62,221 nucleotides of DNA from Clostridia bacterium (GTDB lineage Bacteria > Bacillota > Clostridia > UMGS1883 > UMGS1540). Positions 18,024 through 25,898 of this stretch are shown here, piece after piece (within the stretch, counting starts at the first letter, position 1; every line of letters starts with the position of its first letter). A program made the translations under genes and the position numbers. Below the pieces are notes generated by a model. That model saw only the letters and a list, made by a program, of their open reading frames with translations. It was not told where the DNA came from and ran no database searches. The stretch lies in contig JAZNQL010000019.1 of NCBI GenBank assembly GCA_045590155.1, positions 1-62,221 of the forward strand. Reading direction: 5' to 3'.

Positions 18024-19055
18024 ATGAAAAAAATTGCTATGTTTGATTCAAAGCCCTATGACATTGACGGCTTTGAAAAATATAAAGGTCAGGATTTTGA
18101 TATTAAATTTTTTGACGTGCGTCTTACTCCTGACACAGTTATGCTTGCAAAAGATTTTGACGGGGTTATTGCTTTTGTTAATGACGATATAAACGATGTT
18201 GTTCTTAACACTCTTTACGAGTATGGCATAAACATTATTGCAATGCGTTGTGCTGGATACAATAATATTGATATAGAATCCGCCTATAACAAGGTTCATA
18301 TTGTAAGGGTCCCCTCTTACTCCCCTAATTCTGTTGCCGAGCATGCTATGGCTTTGCTTTTATGCTCTGTACGGCGTATTCACAAAGCATATATTCGCAC
18401 AAGAGATTTTAATTTCAGTCTTTCAGGTCTTCGTGGTGTAAATCTTTTCGGCAAAACTATGGGTATTGTGGGTATGGGCAAAATAGGCAGAGTTTTTGCC
18501 GAAATCTGCCAAGGGTTTGGGATGAAAATTCTTGCCTACGATTTAAAACCCCAAAAAAGTCTTCCGTTTGAATTTGTTTCTTTGGATGAGCTTTTTGAAA
18601 AAAGCCATTTTATATCATTGCACTGTCCTCTTACCGAAGAAAACCGATATCTTATAAATCGCCAGAGTATTTCCAAAATGCGTGACGGTGTAATTATTAT
18701 AAACACATCAAGAGGGGCTCTTATTGATACAGACCATCTGATTGCGGGTATAAAAGAACGAAAAATAGGTGCCGCCTGTCTTGACGTTTACGAAGAGGAG
18801 CACGATATATTTTTTGAAGATAAATCGGGACATATTTTAGATGATGATACTTTGGCACGGCTTCTTTCGATGCCTAATGTTATTTTAAGCTCGCATCAGG
18901 GATTTATGACAGAAGAAGCTCTTGACAGTATTGCAAAAACAACTATCCAAAATATGCGGGATTATTTTTTCGGGCAAAGCCTTGAAAATGAAATATGCTA
19001 TCGGTGTGGCAAGGAAGGCAGATGCTACAAAAAAAGAGCAGGTAAATGCTTTTAA
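18024..19055 (+). CDS. ldhA: D-lactate / D-2-hydroxyacid dehydrogenase
   Basis: MRCAGYNN, YSPNSVAEH, GMGKIG, SLHCP, NTSRG and DVYEEE motifs; alternative TTG start at 18018. Confidence 0.85.
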   Translation: MKKIAMFDSKPYDIDGFEKYKGQDFDIKFFDVRLTPDTVMLAKDFDGVIAFVNDDINDVVLNTLYEYGINIIAMRCAGYNNIDIESAYNKVHIVRVPSYSPNSVAEHAMALLLCSVRRIHKAYIRTRDFNFSLSGLRGVNLFGKTMGIVGMGKIGRVFAEICQGFGMKILAYDLKPQKSLPFEFVSLDELFEKSHFISLHCPLTEENRYLINRQSISKMRDGVIIINTSRGALIDTDHLIAGIKERKIGAACLDVYEEEHDIFFEDKSGHILDDDTLARLLSMPNVILSSHQGFMTEEALDSIAKTTIQNMRDYFFGQSLENEICYRCGKEGRCYKKRAGKCF

Positions 19056-19747
19056 CAAAATTTTTCTCTCATCCGAAGAATGAACTTTTTTTCAATTCTT
19101 GAAACCTTTACCTGATTTACACCTAATATTTTTGCTATTTCACTCTGGGTTTTTTCCTGAAAATATCTCATATAGATAACCTCTTTTTCCAAAGGCTCTG
19201 CACTTTTTAAAATTTCCTGTGCTAAAATTCTGTTTTCACAGGCCTGTTCAGGACTTTCTTCTGCATAAAGTCTGTCTATTAAAATTGTGTCGCCTTCCTC
19301 TTTATATAAGGATTCTGTGCCGCTTGCGGCAGAAAGTGCCATACTTATTTCTTCGGGAGGCTTTCCTATCATGCAGGCAATTTCGGTTATTTTTGCTTCT
19401 CTTCCCTCTCTTTTTTGAATATCCTGCATGAGTGCAGCCGCCTTTTGCGCAGTTTCTTTTATTGAACGGCTTACCTTTACCGCTCCATCATCACGAAGAA
19501 ACCGGCGTATTTCTCCCATAATAAGAGGAACTGCATAAGTAGAAAACTGTGTGCCAAACTGCTCGGAGAAGCGGTACACAGCTTTTATAAGTCCTATATT
19601 GCCTATCTGGAACAAATCTTCGTCATCCACTCCTCTTCCCGAAAAGCGACGCACTATACTCCATACCAAAGGCGCATTTGTTTGTGTGATTTTTTGCAGT
19701 GCTTCTTTGTTTCCCTTTTGTGCCAAATTTAATGTAGAGTCTTTCAT
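19052..19747 (-). CDS. sigF: Sporulation sigma factor SigF
   Basis: DLFQIGNIGLIKA, FSTYAVPLIMGEIRRFLRDDG and QVKVSRIEK motifs; third gene of the spoIIA operon. Confidence 0.9.
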   Translation of the reverse strand: MKDSTLNLAQKGNKEALQKITQTNAPLVWSIVRRFSGRGVDDEDLFQIGNIGLIKAVYRFSEQFGTQFSTYAVPLIMGEIRRFLRDDGAVKVSRSIKETAQKAAALMQDIQKREGREAKITEIACMIGKPPEEISMALSAASGTESLYKEEGDTILIDRLYAEESPEQACENRILAQEILKSAEPLEKEVIYMRYFQEKTQSEIAKILGVNQVKVSRIEKKFILRMREKFC

Positions 19748-20160
19748 AAAATATTTTTTGTCATTGTTACAATGGTGCCGCTTTGGGGCTTTGACGCTAC
19801 AAAAAGAGAATCCATAAAGCTTTCCATAACTGTAAAACCCATACCGCTGCGCTCAAAATCGGGTTTTGAGGTATAAAGAGGTGTCATAGCTTGTTCTATA
19901 TTCTCTATTCCGCAGCCTTTATCCGATACTATATATGTAAGCGTTCTTCCCTCTCTTTTCATACTAAGAGTTACTTTGCCTTCTCCTCCTTCATAGCCAT
20001 GAATTATTGCATTTGTTACTGCCTCGCTTACAGCTGTTTTTATATCGGATATTTCTTCTAGCGTAGGGTCAAGCTGTGCGGCAAAGGCGGAAGCGCACAC
20101 TCTGGCAAAAGCCTGATTTTCGCCTTTTGAAAAAAATTCTATTTTCACAAAATTATCCAT
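19744..20160 (-). CDS. spoIIAB: Anti-sigma F factor
   Basis: DIKTAVSEAVTNAIIHGY and ERSGMGFTVME motifs. Confidence 0.96.
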   Translation of the reverse strand: MDNFVKIEFFSKGENQAFARVCASAFAAQLDPTLEEISDIKTAVSEAVTNAIIHGYEGGEGKVTLSMKREGRTLTYIVSDKGCGIENIEQAMTPLYTSKPDFERSGMGFTVMESFMDSLFVASKPQSGTIVTMTKNIL

Positions 20161-20162
20161 AT

Positions 20163-20498
20163 TTACATTCCTTTCATTGCAGTTTCAACGCTGCCGCACA
20201 CAGATATTATTTTATTAAGCCCCGAAAGCTTTATAAGACGTTTTATCTCTGCCGAAGGTGCCGCTATTTTTGTTTTTCCGCCAAGTGCCGATGCAGTTTT
20301 GTATCTTCCTATTATTACCCCAAGACCCGAGCTATCCATAAATTTAAGCTTTGACATATTGAATATTATGTTTTGTGTTCCTGATGTCCGTATCTTTCTG
20401 TCGAGTTCTCCGCGTATGCTTGCGGCAACGTGCTGGTCAAGCTCGCCCGACATGGTTATGACCAATGTATTTTTAATTTTTTTAAACGAGAGCTGCAT
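20163..20498 (-). CDS. spoIIAA: Anti-anti-sigma F factor
   Basis: GELDQH and FMDSSGLGVIIGRYK (STAS domain). Confidence 0.96.
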   Translation of the reverse strand: MQLSFKKIKNTLVITMSGELDQHVAASIRGELDRKIRTSGTQNIIFNMSKLKFMDSSGLGVIIGRYKTASALGGKTKIAAPSAEIKRLIKLSGLNKIISVCGSVETAMKGM

Positions 20499-20533
20499 AG
20501 CTTTTCCCTCCCATATTTTTCCAGTTATTCTTT

Positions 20534-20562
20534 TAATTCTGCTTTAAATCTTTTACTCCTTC
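20534..20562 (-). promoter_or_regulatory. SigH-type promoter of the spoIIA operon
   Basis: GAAGGAGTA-11nt-GCAGAATTA matches the SigH consensus; 0A-like TGTCGTA at 20582-20588. Confidence 0.7.
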
Positions 20563-20672
20563 GATGAAAATTGTCTGTTTTTGTCGTATTCCATTTTATG
20601 GCATTTATTCTAAATAATTATGTAAACCAAACTTGAATTTTCTTCCAAACGAGCTGAGGTGTCTTTTTGATT

Positions 20673-20890
20673 TTTTCCATACTTTCACCCTTGAAAAATA
20701 GGGTTATTCACAACTTTATCCATATTTTCCACAGCTTTTTTGCCTAAAATGGGGCAAGGGTGTGGAAAACTTTTCTTAACACATTTATGCCAAAAATCAG
20801 GTTTACATAATTCGTTTATTTTTTGAATTGTTTTTTGATAAATCCTTGTTTTTTCTTGTCTTTCGACACTTTGTTCCAAAATTTTCCATA
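20673..20890. promoter_or_regulatory. DnaA-box cluster plus a Spo0A box
   Basis: TTATTCACA 20704, TTTTCCACA 20725 and TGTGGAAAA 20761 match TTWTNCACA. One-mismatch boxes at 20673, 20716 and 20882. TTCGACA (0A box, reverse) at 20862. Confidence 0.7.
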
Positions 20891-20938
20891 AGGTTTTCAG
20901 GACCCTTTTCCGTCATAAAATATAAAATTTTTCTGCTA

Positions 20939-20967
20939 TTGCAAAAAAAGCTTTTTTATAGTACAAT
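20939..20967 (+). promoter_or_regulatory. SigA promoter
   Basis: TTGCAA-17nt-TACAAT. Confidence 0.6.
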
Positions 20968-21028
20968 ATATCTTGAAATTTCTTAAAAATTTTTTCTGTT
21001 TTTAATTTTTTATACGAAAGGATTCGCC

Positions 21029-21622
21029 GTGAAAGAAAAAATTTATACAATTCTTATAAACGAAGTAATGGAAGAAGATGCTTGTCCCTTCTGTCTTGCC
21101 GAAAAAATATTCGAAGAAAATGCTCTTGAATATTTTTTAGGACCTGCTATGATGGAACCTGACGTAAGAATTATGACAAACGAAAAGGGATTTTGTAAAA
21201 ACCATGCCGAGAAAATGCTTTCGGCAAAAAATAAGTTAAGTCTTGCCTTAATGCTTCATACACGAACTGCCCAAGTTCTTTGCAAGCTTTCATCTTCCCG
21301 CCCTCGCGTGAATATCGGTTGTTGTGTATGCGACAGAATAGAAGATAACTTTTTAAAATTTGCATCAAACTTTGCCGATATGTTAAAAGAGCCTGAATTT
21401 ATGCAAAAGTATAAAAACAAAGACGGCGTTTGCCTTAAGCATTTTATGTTGCTTTCGAAATATACTTCAAAGAAAGAATTTAAAATTATAAGAGAAGTTT
21501 TGATTAAGTCGCTTACAGAATCAGAAAAAGAGCTTGACGGTTTTTGCCGCAGCTTTGACTACCGTTCAAACGACGAGATTTGCCCTGATGCGCCCGAAAG
21601 GGCTTTAAATAAACTTGTTTAG
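21029..21622 (+). CDS. Conserved hypothetical protein with Cys/His motifs (DUF6062-like)
   Basis: CPFC, GFCKNH, CCVC, CLKH and SFDYR motifs. Confidence 0.65.
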   Translation: MKEKIYTILINEVMEEDACPFCLAEKIFEENALEYFLGPAMMEPDVRIMTNEKGFCKNHAEKMLSAKNKLSLALMLHTRTAQVLCKLSSSRPRVNIGCCVCDRIEDNFLKFASNFADMLKEPEFMQKYKNKDGVCLKHFMLLSKYTSKKEFKIIREVLIKSLTESEKELDGFCRSFDYRSNDEICPDAPERALNKLV

Positions 21623-21633
21623 GAGATTTAATT

Positions 21634-22497
21634 ATGGGACTTTTTAATCATTCAAATTTTTCAAAACCAGGCAAAGGCGTTTCAAGGAACGCTCCAAAAA
21701 AACGTGGATTTTTTATGTTTTTTGAACTTCTTGGCAGAAAATTCTGGTCGCTTTGCACCTTAAGCCTTACCTACACTTTAGCTTCTATCCCGTTTTTTGC
21801 GATTTATTTGTTTTTGTCTACCCTTTTGGTTTCGGCTTTTGCAAAAGCCGAAGGCTCTACCACAATTATGGCATACACTGCAATAAGTATTTCCCTTTTA
21901 TTTGTAATGTATCTGGGTGCTGGTCCTGCATCGGCGGGTCATTCAAAAATTCTTACCGATTTTTCCAGAGAATACCCCGTTTTTCTGTGGTCAGATTTTT
22001 GGGAAGCATTTAAAAAGAAGTTTTTACCATCAATACTTGTATTTGCTTTAGATATCGTTGTAATCTTTTTGTTTATATTTGCAGCACTTTTCTACTTTGG
22101 GGATTTTGATATCGGTCTTCCGATGTTTTTCAGGTTGCTTTTAGGTATTTTAATGCTGGTATTTTGTTTAATATATGTACTTATGCATCCGTTTATATAC
22201 TGCCTTATTGCCGATAAAGGTCTGCGCTTTTCAGAGGTTATGAGCCTTGCTTTTACAATGACTATGGCAAAACTTTTAGGCATGATTTTTGTATTCTTGT
22301 CATCTTTAGCAGTTTTGGCAGTAATTGCCGGCTTAGTACTCTTTGTTGCAGGATTTTTTATTTTCTTACTCCCTGTGGCAGTTTTTTCTATAAATCAGTT
22401 TATGCTTACTTTTTACGCAGTTCAGATTATTGATTTATATCTTCCAAAGGAAAATAAAAACTCAGATGATTCTTCTGAAGCTATATTTGAAGACTGA
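21634..22497 (+). CDS. DUF624/YesL-like membrane protein
   Basis: PGKGV, FFELLGRKFW, GPASAG and SDFWEAFK motifs; multiple TM segments. Confidence 0.7.
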   Translation: MGLFNHSNFSKPGKGVSRNAPKKRGFFMFFELLGRKFWSLCTLSLTYTLASIPFFAIYLFLSTLLVSAFAKAEGSTTIMAYTAISISLLFVMYLGAGPASAGHSKILTDFSREYPVFLWSDFWEAFKKKFLPSILVFALDIVVIFLFIFAALFYFGDFDIGLPMFFRLLLGILMLVFCLIYVLMHPFIYCLIADKGLRFSEVMSLAFTMTMAKLLGMIFVFLSSLAVLAVIAGLVLFVAGFFIFLLPVAVFSINQFMLTFYAVQIIDLYLPKENKNSDDSSEAIFED

Positions 22498-22558
22498 TTT
22501 TTGTGCATTTTGCACAAAAAAATCTTTCTAAAAATATATATTTCGTACAGTTTAAGTC

Positions 22559-22587
22559 TTGAAATGCGGGAAAATAGATGCTATAAT
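22559..22587 (+). promoter_or_regulatory. SigA promoter with no downstream ORF
   Basis: TTGAAA-17nt-TATAAT with extended -10 TG. Confidence 0.75.
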
Positions 22588-22593
22588 ATGTAC

Positions 22594-22730
22594 ATAATCT
22601 AAATGATACATAAATTTTTCATTTTCCCTCCTTTTTAGACCGTTTCACCAGCGGTCTTTAATAACTCAATTAAAGCTAATGAGCTTTATACTAAAAATAT
22701 GACTTGCTGAAAAGCAAGTCATATTTTTTT
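22594..22730 (+). ncRNA. Candidate small regulatory RNA
   Basis: Own promoter, UUUUCCCUCCUUUU anti-SD stretch, two internal hairpins and a terminal terminator; no ORF with an RBS. Confidence 0.6.
22694..22730. terminator. Bidirectional terminator (sRNA candidate / spoIIID)
   Basis: AAAATATGACTTGCT-GAAA-AGCAAGTCATATTTT. Confidence 0.85.
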
Positions 22731-22738
22731 GCATAAAA

Positions 22739-23005
22739 TCAGAGTTGTGCCTGTTTTTTCTTTTTTAAGTATTTTTCTTTCGTTGCACGGCCGCCTCTTA
22801 TATGCCGTTCGCTTTTATTCTCTTCAAGTATTGCCCTTACGTCCTTTGCCATACTTAAATTTATCCGCGGCAGTCTTTCAACAATATCTTTGTGTACAGT
22901 TGACTTTGAAACGCAAAACTTTTTTGCGGCATCCCTTACAGTGGTTTTATTTTCTATTATGTATTCTGCCAAAATAATAACTCTATCCGAAATGTAATCC
23001 TTCAA
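22739..23005 (-). CDS. spoIIID: Stage III sporulation transcription regulator
   Basis: TVRDAAKKFCVSKSTVHKD and NKSERHIRGGRATK motifs; TTG start. Confidence 0.96.
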   Translation of the reverse strand: MKDYISDRVIILAEYIIENKTTVRDAAKKFCVSKSTVHKDIVERLPRINLSMAKDVRAILEENKSERHIRGGRATKEKYLKKKKQAQL

Positions 23006-23039
23006 AATACCCTCACCTCAAACTTTATCATTTATTAAA

Positions 23040-23068
23040 ATGATATGAGGAAAAAGATAAAAGTATGA
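23040..23068 (-). promoter_or_regulatory. SigE-type promoter of spoIIID
   Basis: TCATACTT-13nt-CATATCAT on the minus strand; spoIIID is a known SigE target. Confidence 0.65.
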
Positions 23069-23084
23069 ATTTTAATGAAGATAT

Positions 23085-23116
23085 AAAAAAGGGTGCGAAT
23101 TTTCGCACCCTTTTTA
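23085..23116 (-). terminator. Intrinsic terminator
   Basis: AAAAAGGGTGCGAA-TT-TTCGCACCCTTTTT. Confidence 0.85.
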
Positions 23117-23124
23117 TTTTTTTA

Positions 23125-23796
23125 CTACCATATAAAAGGAATAAGCCTGTACTTTACCTTCTGTGTGTATTCTTTATATCCGCAAAGCTCTTTTTTTAGA
23201 AATTCTTCTTCATATTTAATTCTTTTTGCAATAATAAACGGATAGGCAAGAAAAATTAAAAATGCGAAAAAAGAACCTAAAATCAAGGGCATTGCCAAAA
23301 ACAAAAATATTGTTGCAGTATACATAGGATGCCTCACAATCCTGTAAAGCCCCGTATCTATAACCTTTTGATTTTCCTGCACCTTTATTGTGCGTGAAAG
23401 ATATGTATTTTCCCTTATAACCTCTGCATACATAATATATGCAAAACAAAACAAAATTAAAGCAGTAAATATTATAGCTTTCGGCAGATTGCTAAAGCCA
23501 AATCTAAAATCAAATCCCGCAATAATAAAGCCGAATATAAACATAATTCCGCTTAAAATTACTACTTCTTTTTGTTCCTTTTGCTCTTCCTTTGCATCAA
23601 GCCTGTTCTTTAAAAGGCTTGGATTATAAATCATCATAAAAATCCCTGCAAAAAACATTGGCACAAACAAAAACGCAATTAAAAGCCATCCGTTTTTAAA
23701 ATAAAGGGTGCCCGCCGGAAAAAAGATTAAAATTCCAAGCAATATAATTCCCAAAAACATTTTGAATATTGCCTGAATAAATAATTTAAAAGTCAT
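23125..23796 (-). CDS. Isoprenylcysteine carboxyl methyltransferase (ICMT/PEMT) family membrane protein
   Basis: VIDTGLYRIVRHPMY, RIKYEE and YRLIPFIW motifs. Confidence 0.85.
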   Translation of the reverse strand: MTFKLFIQAIFKMFLGIILLGILIFFPAGTLYFKNGWLLIAFLFVPMFFAGIFMMIYNPSLLKNRLDAKEEQKEQKEVVILSGIMFIFGFIIAGFDFRFGFSNLPKAIIFTALILFCFAYIMYAEVIRENTYLSRTIKVQENQKVIDTGLYRIVRHPMYTATIFLFLAMPLILGSFFAFLIFLAYPFIIAKRIKYEEEFLKKELCGYKEYTQKVKYRLIPFIW

Positions 23797-23947
23797 AAAT
23801 CCACCACTTATTCATAAATTTATATTTATTATACATATAAAGAACTATTATTTCAAGAAAAAACTCTATTTGCTTTTTGTATATTTTACCATTATTTTTA
23901 CAAATTTTTTTCATAAACTAATATATAATTGATTTGAGGTGATTTAT

Positions 23948-25858
23948 TTGACAAAAAATAATGTTTCTTCACAAAAGAAGGAATTGCCGATTTCTTTATT
24001 CACAAAAGGAGAAAATTTTAATTCTTACAAATTTTTAGGTTGCCACGCGTCAAAAAAGGGGTTTGTTTTCAGAGTATGGGCACCTCACGCAAAAAGCGTA
24101 AGCCTTGTGGGGGATTTTAACTTGTGGGATAAATCTGCAAATAAAATGGCACTCACAGAAGGAGGGGTATGGGAATGTTTTTGCGAAAATGCAAAGGTGT
24201 ATGATGCTTATAAATTTGCAATTCAAAAGCAGGACGGCTCGTATGTATTAAAAAGCGACCCTTATGCTTTTCACTTTGAAACACGCCCGCAAAATGCAAG
24301 TAAAGTATATGATATTTCAGGCTATTTATGGCAAGATGGTTCGTACCGCCGGGCCGTAGCTCATAAAAATCATTTTGCAAACCCCATGAATATTTACGAG
24401 CTCCATTTTTCTTCTTGGAAAAAACACCCAGACGGCAACACTTACAGTTATCTTGATATGGCAGACGAACTCATCCCCTATGTTAAAGAAATGGGTTATA
24501 CTCATATTGAACTAATGCCGATTTTTGAGTATCCGTTTGACCCATCGTGGGGATATCAGGTAACGGGTTTTTTTGCTCCGACATCACGCTATGGGACTCC
24601 GCATCATTTTATGGAATTTGTAGACCGCTGCCACCGTGCAGGAATAGGCGTTATTTTAGACTGGACTGCAGCTCATTTTCCAAAAGACGAGCACGGACTT
24701 TACGAGTTTGACGGAGCCTGCCTTTATGAATATGAAGACCCTTTAAAAAGAGAACATCCCGACTGGAACACAAGAATTTTTGATTATTCAAAAAACGCGG
24801 TTTTAAGCTTTCTTATATCAAACGCGGTATTCTGGATAAAAGAATATCATATAGACGGCTTGAGGGTTGATGCCGTAGCCTCGATGCTTTATCTTGATTA
24901 CGGAAAACGAAATTCCGAGTGGCGAGCGAACAAATACGGTTCAAACGAAAATCTTGAAGCAATAGAATTTTTAAAAAAGCTTAACAGTGCGGTTTTTAGC
25001 GTAAACAAATCGGTTTTAATGATTGCCGAAGAGTCAACCGCTTTCCCCTTGGTTACAAAGCCGGGATACGATGGCGGATTAGGTTTTAACTTTAAATGGA
25101 ATATGGGTTGGATGAACGATATGCTTGAATATATGTCGCAAAATCCGCTTTTCAGAAAAGGATGTCATAAAAATATTACCTTTTCTCTTACCTATGCTTT
25201 TTCCGAAAATTATATCCTTCCCCTATCTCACGACGAAGTTGTGCACGGGAAATGCTCGCTTATAAACAAAATGCCGGGAGATTATGACCAAAAGTTTTCC
25301 GAACTTCGTGCTTTTTATGGGTATATGATGGCATACCCAGGGAAAAAACTGAACTTTATGGGAAACGAGTTTGCACAATTTATAGAATGGGACTTCTCAA
25401 AAGAGCTTGACTGGTTTTTACTTTCCTACGAAAGGCACAGGCAAATGCACGAGTATGTAAAGGCTTTAAACCTTTTTTATCTTGAAAATTCACCTTTTTG
25501 GCAAAACGATTCCGACTGGGAAGGCTTTAAATGGATATCTAACGATGACCACACCCAGAGCGTTATAGCCTTTAGGCGTATTGATAAGTCAAAAAACGAA
25601 ATTATAGCTATATGCAACTTCTGCCCTGTGTGCAGGGAAGGGTACAGAATAGGTGTACCAGAAAAAGGCGATTATACTCCTGTTTTTTCAAGTGATGATT
25701 CAATTTTCGGAGGAACAGGGGTAAATTTAAGTACAATTTCGGCAAATCAAACACCTTGTCACGGATATGAATACAGTATTACCCTCACACTTCCTCCTAC
25801 CTCTTGCATATATTACAAAAGACTTAAAAAGCATAATTCCGTTACTTTTAATGCATAA
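23948..25858 (+). CDS. glgB: 1,4-alpha-glucan branching enzyme
   Basis: FRVWAP, SWGYQ, DGLRVDAVASM, AEES and SHDEVVHGK motifs; TTG start after RBS GAGGTG (alternative GTG at 23939). Confidence 0.95.
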   Translation: MTKNNVSSQKKELPISLFTKGENFNSYKFLGCHASKKGFVFRVWAPHAKSVSLVGDFNLWDKSANKMALTEGGVWECFCENAKVYDAYKFAIQKQDGSYVLKSDPYAFHFETRPQNASKVYDISGYLWQDGSYRRAVAHKNHFANPMNIYELHFSSWKKHPDGNTYSYLDMADELIPYVKEMGYTHIELMPIFEYPFDPSWGYQVTGFFAPTSRYGTPHHFMEFVDRCHRAGIGVILDWTAAHFPKDEHGLYEFDGACLYEYEDPLKREHPDWNTRIFDYSKNAVLSFLISNAVFWIKEYHIDGLRVDAVASMLYLDYGKRNSEWRANKYGSNENLEAIEFLKKLNSAVFSVNKSVLMIAEESTAFPLVTKPGYDGGLGFNFKWNMGWMNDMLEYMSQNPLFRKGCHKNITFSLTYAFSENYILPLSHDEVVHGKCSLINKMPGDYDQKFSELRAFYGYMMAYPGKKLNFMGNEFAQFIEWDFSKELDWFLLSYERHRQMHEYVKALNLFYLENSPFWQNDSDWEGFKWISNDDHTQSVIAFRRIDKSKNEIIAICNFCPVCREGYRIGVPEKGDYTPVFSSDDSIFGGTGVNLSTISANQTPCHGYEYSITLTLPPTSCIYYKRLKKHNSVTFNA

Positions 25859-25898
25859 TAAGAAGGTATAATTTTTTTGCTAAAAAGGAGCTGCTATT

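Noticed and set aside
20685-20879. 64-aa minus-strand ORF
   Set aside because: Overlies the DnaA-box cluster, with no RBS or recognisable motif.
20673-20890. Call as oriC
   Set aside because: No dnaA/dnaN context and no change in orientation of highly expressed genes across it. It cannot be fully excluded without a GC-skew calculation.
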